Assembly (NCBI GenBank): GCA_965662175.1
Contig: CBFIGT010000052.1
Coordinates: 1-15,736, forward strand
From: Arcobacter sp.
GTDB lineage: Bacteria > Campylobacterota > Campylobacteria > Campylobacterales > Arcobacteraceae
DNA: 15,736 nucleotides
Direction: 5' to 3'
The notes beneath the pieces were generated by a model that saw only the letters and a program-made list of their open reading frames with translations, was not told the DNA's origin and did no database searches. The translations under genes were made by a program, and so were the position numbers. Below, in pieces: positions 9,535 to 15,736 of this stretch. The number at the start of each line of letters is the position of its first letter. Positions within the stretch are counted from its first letter, which is position 1.

Positions 9535-10068
9535 ATGAGCGATAGATTACATGAGATTATAGCCCAGTGTGCTGTAATACACGAAACAAATATAAATGAG
9601 AGTATTATTGATGATTTAGAAAAAATTGAAGATAAAATTGAAGATATTGATGATGATGTAAAAGAGCATTATTTAATGCTTTTAATGCAATATTATTTTC
9701 AAGAAAATAATTTAGAGCAGTTAAAAAAACTTCTTCTTCAAGGTTTTAAATTTGATATGAGATTTACTGATGTTGCTGAGGCATTTTGTCATCTAAAAGA
9801 TGATGAGGATAATGTTATAGAGTTTTTTGAAGATAGTATAGTTATGCTTAAAGACTCAATCACAGATAAAGATTTAAAAAAAATATATGAGTATTACAAT
9901 GCAAATCAAGAGTTTAAAAACTTTATTGAAGAGTCATTAAATTTAATCAAAAAAAATAGATATGTTTGTGCCCATGCATATAAAAGCAAAGAAAAATTTG
10001 CAAAATTTTTTATAAATGAAGATTTATTAGAATCCCTTCAACGGGATATGCCCTTTTTATTAAAATAG
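9535..10068 (+). CDS. Acidic hypothetical protein
   Basis: 177-aa ORF with an AGGA SD and TATAAT at 9500-9505. No family recognised. Its 3' end overlaps the convergent gene by 31 nt. Confidence 0.75.
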   Translation: MSDRLHEIIAQCAVIHETNINESIIDDLEKIEDKIEDIDDDVKEHYLMLLMQYYFQENNLEQLKKLLLQGFKFDMRFTDVAEAFCHLKDDEDNVIEFFEDSIVMLKDSITDKDLKKIYEYYNANQEFKNFIEESLNLIKKNRYVCAHAYKSKEKFAKFFINEDLLESLQRDMPFLLK

Positions 10069-10709
10069 AGATTTTTTAAAATCTCTATTTGCATATTATG
10101 CAAATAATTAAACTTAAACTCACACTCTTTTAAATAGTAAAAAAAGTTCTTTTCATCAACTCCTTTATATTTTTTTAGATTTTCTTCTAGATATTTCCAA
10201 AAAATAGAAAGTGGTGTTTTATAAGAGTTTTTAGAATATAACTTATGCCATTTTAAATAATATTCATAATCTTTAGTATTTGTTTGTGAACTATATTTTG
10301 GAAGTTTTGGCATAAGAAGAGTATAGATTTTTTTATTTGAATAAAATCCAATTATATTGGTTGCATCAAAAAGTGAACGTTTTTTCTTATTTTGAATAGT
10401 TGTTGGGAAATAGTAATACTCTTCATAAGAGCTATTATCTTTTATACTATTATTATACTCTTCATCTAAAAATGAGGCTATAAGTTTTCTAAAAAGTGTA
10501 TATCTATTTTGTACAGTTCTATAGTTTAAATCTAATATTTGAGAGGTTTTATTTGCATTTATATTATTTGAAAAATACTCTATACAAAATATGTCTGTTT
10601 GAACTTTATTTGTGGAAAACTTTGTTTTACAAGATGCACATTTTTTATAGTTGTTCTTTAAATCATAAAGTTTTGTATAGTCGCAATATGGGCATTTGTA
10701 TATATTCAT
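10038..10709 (-). CDS. IS1595/IS1016-like transposase-derived protein (Zn ribbon + HTH + degenerate DDE domain)
   Basis: CPYC...CASC zinc ribbon, HTH-like NANKTSQILDLNYRTVQNRYTLFRKLI, and C-terminal FWKYLEENLKKYKGVDEKNFFYYLKECEFKFN matching the IS1016-type FW...LRKFNG....F..YLKECEWRFN signature. No terminal inverted repeats seen. Confidence 0.8.
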   Translation of the reverse strand: MNIYKCPYCDYTKLYDLKNNYKKCASCKTKFSTNKVQTDIFCIEYFSNNINANKTSQILDLNYRTVQNRYTLFRKLIASFLDEEYNNSIKDNSSYEEYYYFPTTIQNKKKRSLFDATNIIGFYSNKKIYTLLMPKLPKYSSQTNTKDYEYYLKWHKLYSKNSYKTPLSIFWKYLEENLKKYKGVDEKNFFYYLKECEFKFNYLHNMQIEILKNLYFNKKGISR

Positions 10710-10714
10710 AAAAA

Positions 10715-10720
10715 ATTATA
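10715..10720 (-). promoter_or_regulatory. Putative -10 box of a leaderless transcript for the transposase-like gene
   Basis: The minus strand reads TATAAT-TTTTT-ATG: only 5 nt between the hexamer and the start codon, and no SD. Confidence 0.55.
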
Positions 10721-10760
10721 TCTAAGTTTCCATTTATATAAATTAATAAGTTAAAAAACA

Positions 10761-10784
10761 TATAATTAGAAAATTTTTTAATTA
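10761..10784 (+). promoter_or_regulatory. Putative -10 box of the DsrE-family gene overlapped by a 22-bp near-perfect palindrome
   Basis: TATAAT at 10761-10766. TAATTAGAAAA|TTTTTTAATTA at 10763-10784 (10 of 11 pairs). AAGGA SD at 10786-10790. Confidence 0.45.
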
Positions 10785-10796
10785 AAAGGATTTAAA

Positions 10797-11135
10797 TTGA
10801 GTACTTGTGCAAAAATTTTATGGACAACTGATAATAAAGAAACAGCCTTAAATATGGTTTGTCTTTATGCCCATAATGCAAAACTAAAGGCTTGGGTTGA
10901 TGATGTTCAGATTTTAGTTTGGGGTGCTTCTCAAAAACTAATTAGTGAAGATAAAGAACTACAAGAAAAAGTAAAAGCTATGATAGCTGATGGTGTAGAG
11001 GTAATAGCATGTCAAAAATGTGCCGAAAATCTAGGTGTAAAAGATGAGTTACAAGCTTGTGATATGAATATATACTACACAGGTGAACTTTTGAGTTCAT
11101 GGATAAAAGAGGGAAGTTCTATAATTAGTGTATAG
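10797..11135 (+). CDS. DsrE-family protein
   Basis: TTG start with AAGGA SD. VQILVWGAS and GVEVIACQKCAENLGV fit the DsrE/DsrF-like fold with a CxxC motif. Confidence 0.82.
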   Translation: MSTCAKILWTTDNKETALNMVCLYAHNAKLKAWVDDVQILVWGASQKLISEDKELQEKVKAMIADGVEVIACQKCAENLGVKDELQACDMNIYYTGELLSSWIKEGSSIISV

Positions 11136-11235
11136 ATTAAATAATAATATTAAAAAAATATTTTAAATGGATTAATTATTGCATATATAATAAAATTTAG
11201 TGTAATTTAAAAAATTAATAAAATAAGGTGAAAAA

Positions 11236-11628
11236 ATGAAAATAGCTATTCCGGTAAAAGATGAGAATTTACAGTTTTTTAGTAATGCTGGACATACTCC
11301 AAAGTTTGCTGTATATGATGTGAGTGGTTCAGGAATGTTTAGGTCATTTAATCTAGCTTCTGTTATAAATAATCCTAGAACAGACATCGACCATGACCAT
11401 GCGGAAGAGGAGCATGAATGTAATCATTCCCATGATGATGAAGAGCATATTGCACAACATAATAAAATGGGTGTGGCTTTAAGTGAGTGTAATTATATAG
11501 TTGTACAAAAAGCTTGTAAAAATACAGCTAAATCTTTTGTTTCTCAAGGTATTAAAATAGTTAAATATAATGGAGAATCTTTAGATGTTAGTGATATTTT
11601 AAAAGAGACATCGGGTAGTTTTTCTTAA
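11236..11628 (+). CDS. NifB/NifX (dinitrogenase FeMo-cofactor-binding domain) family protein with a His-rich insert
   Basis: MKIAIPV...GHTPKFAVYDV...INNP...L.ECNYIV...GIKIV is the NifX-like pattern. Insert HDHAEEEHECNHSHDDEEHIAQH. AAGGTG SD and TATAAT at 11186-11191. Confidence 0.8.
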   Translation: MKIAIPVKDENLQFFSNAGHTPKFAVYDVSGSGMFRSFNLASVINNPRTDIDHDHAEEEHECNHSHDDEEHIAQHNKMGVALSECNYIVVQKACKNTAKSFVSQGIKIVKYNGESLDVSDILKETSGSFS

Positions 11629-11671
11629 GAATAGTTCTAAAAATACATAAGTAATATATTTTTTAGTTTTG

Positions 11672-11717
11672 TTTTAACTAGTTTTCATTAAACTAGTTAA
11701 AATGAATAAATATTCAT
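11672..11717. repeat. Two adjacent perfect inverted repeats upstream of hypB
   Basis: TTTTAACTAGTTT-TCATT-AAACTAGTTAAAA (11672-11702, 13-bp arms) and ATGAATA-AA-TATTCAT (11702-11717, 7-bp arms). Confidence 0.75.
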
Positions 11718-11750
11718 AAATAAAATTAGATATTTTAAAAGGATAAACTT

Positions 11751-12548
11751 ATGTGCAAAGATTGCGGTTGTAGTATTACAGACCATCACCATTCAAATGA
11801 CCATGAACACTCACATGAATATAGTCATACTCATTCTCATAATAGTGCAAGCCACCAAGCAGCACACGAAACACTTCATCATAATCCACAATTAAATGAT
11901 AAAAAAACAATTTCAGTAATCAAAAAAATACTTGATAAAAATGACCATGAAGCAGAACATAATAGAGCTCATTTTGATAATCATAAGGTTTTAGGAATAA
12001 ATCTTATGTCAAGTCCAGGAAGCGGTAAAACAACACTTTTAGAAAAGATTTCAGATATGGTTGATTTCAAATTTGGAGTAGTTGAGGGTGATTTGGAAAC
12101 ATCAAAAGATGCTGATAGATTAAAAGCAAAAAATATCCCAGCTGTACAAATACAAACAGGATCTGCTTGTCATTTGGATGCTTTTATGGTGCATAAGGGT
12201 TTACATGATATGCCTTTAGATGATTTAGATGTGTGTTTTGTAGAAAATGTTGGAAACTTAGTTTGTCCGGCTTCTTATGATGTGGGAACACATTTAAATA
12301 TTGTACTTGTAAGCGTGCCTGAGGGTGAAGATAAGATTATCAAATATCCTGTTATGTTTAGATGTGCTGATTTAATACTTATTACAAAAACAGATTTGCT
12401 TCCATATTTTGATTATGATGTACAAAAAGAGAAAAATGACGCTAGAAAATTAAATCCTGGTGTGGATATTTTGGAGGTTTCTACAAAAGATCAACAAAGT
12501 TTACAAAATGTAATTGATTGGATTAATTTTAAAAGGAGAATGAGATAA
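11751..12548 (+). CDS. hypB: Hydrogenase nickel incorporation GTPase HypB
   Basis: N-terminal CKDCGC, His-rich linker, P-loop SSPGSGKTT, EGD, CHLDA, ENVGNLVCPA and TKTDL. Confidence 0.98.
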   Translation: MCKDCGCSITDHHHSNDHEHSHEYSHTHSHNSASHQAAHETLHHNPQLNDKKTISVIKKILDKNDHEAEHNRAHFDNHKVLGINLMSSPGSGKTTLLEKISDMVDFKFGVVEGDLETSKDADRLKAKNIPAVQIQTGSACHLDAFMVHKGLHDMPLDDLDVCFVENVGNLVCPASYDVGTHLNIVLVSVPEGEDKIIKYPVMFRCADLILITKTDLLPYFDYDVQKEKNDARKLNPGVDILEVSTKDQQSLQNVIDWINFKRRMR

Positions 12549-12829
12549 TGTGCTTATCAATTCCTTCAAAAATAAAAAGTATAGACACTGAAATGAATAC
12601 TTGCGTAGTTGATACTATGGGTGTTGAGAGAAGTGCGAGTTTGGATTTAATAGATAGGGATGTAGTTGTTGGTGATTATGTACTTATTCATATAGGTTTT
12701 GCTATGAATAAAATAGATGAAGAAGATGCCTTAGAGTCTTTGAAAGTCTATAAAGAGATAATAGATAAAATGGATGAGATGGATAAAAAAGCAGCTATTG
12801 AAGAAGCCCAAAATTGTCCAAATAAGTAA
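12548..12829 (+). CDS. hypC: Hydrogenase assembly chaperone HypC
   Basis: MCLSIP N-terminus and VGDYVLIHIGFAM. TAATG coupling with hypB. Confidence 0.97.
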   Translation: MCLSIPSKIKSIDTEMNTCVVDTMGVERSASLDLIDRDVVVGDYVLIHIGFAMNKIDEEDALESLKVYKEIIDKMDEMDKKAAIEEAQNCPNK

Positions 12830-12833
12830 AACT

Positions 12834-13964
12834 ATGAGTGAACTACAACTAAAAGATTTGTATGATGGATTTAGAGATCCAAGTGCAATAAAAGCAATAG
12901 CAAAACTAATAGAAAATGAGTCAAAAAAGCTAGATAAAAAACTAAGAGTAATGGAAGTGTGTGGTGGACATACACATACAATCATGAAATATGGACTAAA
13001 TCAACTAATGCCTGAAAATATTGAGTTTATACATGGACCTGGTTGTCCTGTTTGTGTTATGCCAAAAGAGAGAATTGATCATGCTTATATATTAGCAATG
13101 CTTGATGATGTAATTCTAGTAACCCTAGGTGATATGATAAAAGTTCCAGGAAGTAAAGGAAGCCTACAAGATGCTAGGGCAAAGGGTGCTGATGTAAGAT
13201 TTGTATACTCACCACTTGATACAATAAAAATAGCAAATGAAAATAAAGAGAAAAAAGTAATCTTTTTTGCAATAGGTTTTGAAACAACAACACCTATGAC
13301 AGCAGCACTTATAAATCATGTTGTAAATAGTGATATAAAAAATATACTTTTTCATATAAATCATATAACAGTACCTGAAGCTATGAGAGGATTAGTTGCA
13401 AGTGGTGATTCTAAAATAGATGCCTTTATAGGACCTGCTCATGTATCTGTAATCTCTGGAGCCAAAATATATGAAGAGTTTCCAAGAGATTTTGATATTC
13501 CAGTTGTAGTATCAGGATTTGAACCCCTTGATGTGATGGAATCACTTTTGATGATTACAAAACAAGCAACACAAAAAAGAGCCCAATTAGAAGTTCAATA
13601 TACAAGAAGTGTATCTTATGAGGGCAATACACAAGCACAAAAACTAATAAATAAATTTTTTACAAAAAGAGATAAGTTTAAATGGAGAGGTTTGGGATAT
13701 ATTGATGATTCTGCATTAGAGCTAAAAGATGAGTATAAATCTATAAATGCTGAAATAGTATATAAAGATATACTAAATACAAAAGAGTGCAATGACCATA
13801 AACTATGTATTTGTGGAAGTATTATGAAAGGCTTAGCAAAACCATATGAGTGTACAGTTTTTGGAACAGCTTGTAAACCAAGCTCTCCACTTGGTTCTTG
13901 TATGGTAAGTAGTGAGGGAGCTTGTAGCGCTTATTATAAATATGGAAATCTTTTAAAAAACTAG
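12834..13964 (+). CDS. hypD: Hydrogenase formation protein HypD
   Basis: Motifs MEVCGGHTH, HGPGCPVC, GFETT, PAHVS, C-terminal Fe-S cysteines and MVSSEGAC. Start moved from 12774 (inside hypC) to the in-frame ATG 12834, 4 nt after the hypC stop. Confidence 0.97.
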   Translation: MSELQLKDLYDGFRDPSAIKAIAKLIENESKKLDKKLRVMEVCGGHTHTIMKYGLNQLMPENIEFIHGPGCPVCVMPKERIDHAYILAMLDDVILVTLGDMIKVPGSKGSLQDARAKGADVRFVYSPLDTIKIANENKEKKVIFFAIGFETTTPMTAALINHVVNSDIKNILFHINHITVPEAMRGLVASGDSKIDAFIGPAHVSVISGAKIYEEFPRDFDIPVVVSGFEPLDVMESLLMITKQATQKRAQLEVQYTRSVSYEGNTQAQKLINKFFTKRDKFKWRGLGYIDDSALELKDEYKSINAEIVYKDILNTKECNDHKLCICGSIMKGLAKPYECTVFGTACKPSSPLGSCMVSSEGACSAYYKYGNLLKN

Positions 13965-14010
13965 ACATAAAGTATTTTATGTACTATAATTATGTATGAA
14001 ATATTATGTA
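13965..14010 (+). promoter_or_regulatory. Putative TA promoter/operator
   Basis: TATAAT at 13985-13990. Palindrome ACATAA-N6-TTATGT (13965-13982) and three TTATGTA direct repeats (13977, 13990, 14004). AGGA SD after. Confidence 0.6.
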
Positions 14011-14022
14011 AGGATTTAGCTA

Positions 14023-14268
14023 ATGAATTCAAATGATGTAAGAAAAAACTTTGTATTTAAAAAAAAGGTTGCAAAACATCTTGAAGAGATAGCAAAAAGA
14101 GAAAACAAATCTATGACAAAAGTTGTAGAAGAGTTGGTTGAAAAAAAATATAGTGAAGTTAGTAAAGAGGAAAAGTTAAAAGCCTTAAATAGCTTTTTTG
14201 AAGATACAAAAGGAATGTTTGAGTCAGGTATGAGTATTCAATCAGTTAAGGCAAATATGGATGTATAA
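14023..14268 (+). CDS. Putative ribbon-helix-helix antitoxin (VapB-like)
   Basis: VRKNFVF (strand)-KKVAKHLEEIAKRENKSMTKVVEELVEK (two helices) is RHH-like. 81 aa, overlapping the downstream PIN gene by 8 nt. Confidence 0.8.
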   Translation: MNSNDVRKNFVFKKKVAKHLEEIAKRENKSMTKVVEELVEKKYSEVSKEEKLKALNSFFEDTKGMFESGMSIQSVKANMDV

Positions 14269-14686
14269 AAAAGTTTTTTTAGATGCAAATATTTTTATAG
14301 ATAATGAAGATGAAAAAAGAGATTTAGAACAAAATAGTCTAAAGGTTTTGCAATATTTACTTAGTAATGATATTGAACTTTGTACAAGTTGTGATTTGAT
14401 AACTACAATTTATTATATTCTTTCAAAGAAAGATAAACAAAAAGCACTTGATGCGGTTGAGAGAATAAGTAAGTTTTGTAAAATAATAGATTTTGGAAAT
14501 GAAGAAGTTATACAAACTTGTAATTTAATGCGTGAAAATGAAAAATTTAAAGACCTCGAAGATACTATTCAATATATTCTAGCAAAAAAAGAGGGATGTG
14601 ATCTCATTATTTCAAATGACAAAAATTTTGTAAGTGATGATATTGAGCTTTTAACTACTAAAGAGTTTTTAGAAAAGATTGTTTGA
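14261..14686 (+). CDS. PIN-domain toxin (VapC-like)
   Basis: VFLDANIFID, DLEDTIQY and IISNDKNF carry the PIN acidic residues. 141 aa, directly downstream of a small RHH gene. Confidence 0.92.
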   Translation: MYKKVFLDANIFIDNEDEKRDLEQNSLKVLQYLLSNDIELCTSCDLITTIYYILSKKDKQKALDAVERISKFCKIIDFGNEEVIQTCNLMRENEKFKDLEDTIQYILAKKEGCDLIISNDKNFVSDDIELLTTKEFLEKIV

Positions 14687-14716
14687 TGCAAAATAAAATA
14701 AGATAGGTTTATAGTC

Positions 14717-15424
14717 ATGGATGAATCAAAACAAATATTTACACAAGTATTAAATAGTTTATCTGAAAAAGAGATGAAGAGTTTTATAAACAAGTATTGC
14801 AAAACAAATAAAGCGATGGTAAATAAATTTATTTCAATGTTTGCACATAAAATTGAAGGCAATTGTCAAAAGAAATTTAATATAATTGTTGATAATTCGA
14901 TTGAAGCTTTATTGAATAGAAGAAGCAGGTTTATAATAAATCCAAGTAAAGCAAATAATGCATTAAGACCAATATTTAAGCTCTTAAAAGAAGAACAAAA
15001 TAGTTATCATGAAAAGCCCTATGAGTCCTTTGTATTAATCAAAATACTATTTTTTTATTTTTCTGACCTTATAGAAGATTTTTATGAAGTACATAAATTT
15101 GACTTGATTGATGAATTATTTATTGAAATTATAAACTTATTGAGTTCGATTTATCATTCTAAAACTACACCTTATGAGTTTAAAGAGGAACTTTTCACTT
15201 ATATATTGGATAAAGCAAGGGAAGATTATTGTGATAAAATTTCATATTATGGTAGATATTTAGTAGATTTAAATTTAGTTAGAATACTTAGTGAAGATAT
15301 GGAAACAGAAAAAAAAGATAAAATTATTGAACTAATAGATTATAAAATTTCTTACAAAAGTGATGACAAAAAAGAGAGATTTATAAAATTAAAATCAGAA
15401 ATTTTAGAAGTATCTAGTAAATGA
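14717..15424 (+). CDS. Hypothetical, predicted all-helical protein
   Basis: 235-aa ORF with an AGGT SD-like sequence and an ATGA overlap with the next gene. No confident family. Confidence 0.75.
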   Translation: MDESKQIFTQVLNSLSEKEMKSFINKYCKTNKAMVNKFISMFAHKIEGNCQKKFNIIVDNSIEALLNRRSRFIINPSKANNALRPIFKLLKEEQNSYHEKPYESFVLIKILFFYFSDLIEDFYEVHKFDLIDELFIEIINLLSSIYHSKTTPYEFKEELFTYILDKAREDYCDKISYYGRYLVDLNLVRILSEDMETEKKDKIIELIDYKISYKSDDKKERFIKLKSEILEVSSK

Positions 15425-15736
15425 AAATAGAAAAACTATTCTCAAATCTAAGCTACCATAAGGATTTTATATTTTATCTCTTTGAGCATAAAGACAAGGT
15501 AGTGAGATATGAGGAGTGTGAGAGGTTTATATCTTATGAAAAACTTGAGGTTTTAGAAAATCTTGAACTTATAGAGTTAGTTGAGGATAAGATATTTTTA
15601 GATATGAGAGTTGCGGAGTTTTTAGAAAATTATCTAAATATTGATGAGAATATAGAAGTATCAATCATCTTTGAAAAACTAAAAGATTTAAAACATAAAA
15701 TCGCTATTTTAGTGGAGTATAAAAGTAAACAAAATA
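15421..15736 (+). CDS. 5' part of a protein, possibly a Wadjet/MksBEF kleisin (JetA/MksF-like); truncated by the window
   Basis: Not in the ORF track. The frame is open from ATG 15421 to the window end: MKIEKLFSNLSYHKDFIFYLFEHKDKVVRYEECERFISYEKLEVLENLELIELVEDKIFLDMRVAEFLENYLNIDENIEVSIIFEKLKDLKHKI... The CDS is likely real; the family call is tentative. Confidence 0.6.
   Translation, partial: MKIEKLFSNLSYHKDFIFYLFEHKDKVVRYEECERFISYEKLEVLENLELIELVEDKIFLDMRVAEFLENYLNIDENIEVSIIFEKLKDLKHKIAILVEYKSKQN

Noticed and set aside
10038..10709. Active IS1595-family insertion sequence
   Set aside because: No terminal inverted repeats or target duplication were found by eye and the catalytic residues appear lost, so it is reported as a CDS rather than a mobile element.
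10496..10711. Plus-strand 71-aa ORF
   Set aside because: Shadow of the transposase-like gene, with low-complexity Y/F/L composition.
11136..11235. NikR or Fur box upstream of the NifX-like gene
   Set aside because: No TRWYA-N15-TRWYA pair or convincing Fur box was found by eye. Partial matches are expected at this AT content.
11172..11387. Minus-strand 71-aa ORF
   Set aside because: Antisense to the NifX-like gene and its upstream region, with no supporting motif.
12774..12833. N-terminal extension of HypD in the ORF track
   Set aside because: It overlaps hypC by 56 nt, and ATG 12834 gives a normal-length HypD.
12731..12985. Minus-strand 84-aa ORF
   Set aside because: Antisense to hypC/hypD.
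14023..14268. NikR (RHH protein next to nickel genes)
   Set aside because: Too short, lacks the His/Cys Ni-binding C-terminal domain, and is paired with a PIN toxin.
14569..14862. Minus-strand 97-aa ORF
   Set aside because: Antisense to the PIN gene and the next CDS. Its hydrophobicity reflects the A-rich sense strand.
1..15736. CRISPR arrays, tRNA or rRNA genes
   Set aside because: All intergenic gaps are under ~125 bp, and no repeat-spacer or structural RNA pattern was seen.

Overview
AT-rich Campylobacterota-type (Arcobacter-like; inferred from gene content) locus for a membrane-bound group 1 [NiFe] uptake hydrogenase and its maturation. Order: 3' end of hydA, hydB, hydC, a strong terminator, hydD, hydE, a DAGK-like/DUF389 membrane protein, hypF, a five-gene accessory block (DUF3817 protein, acidic hypothetical, IS1595/IS1016-like transposase-derived protein, DsrE-family protein, His-rich NifX/NifB-family protein), then hypB-hypC-hypD. 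Where hypE would be expected, there is an RHH/PIN (VapBC-like) toxin-antitoxin pair, a hypothetical gene and the start of a gene resembling the kleisin (JetA/MksF-like) subunit of Wadjet/MksBEF systems. The most interesting signal is the intact but apparently catalytically dead transposase homologue. It has no visible IS ends and a probable leaderless host promoter, and it is divergent from putative nickel/sulfur-handling genes and hypBCD, so it is a candidate domesticated regulator. All family assignments are by motif recognition; no searches were run.
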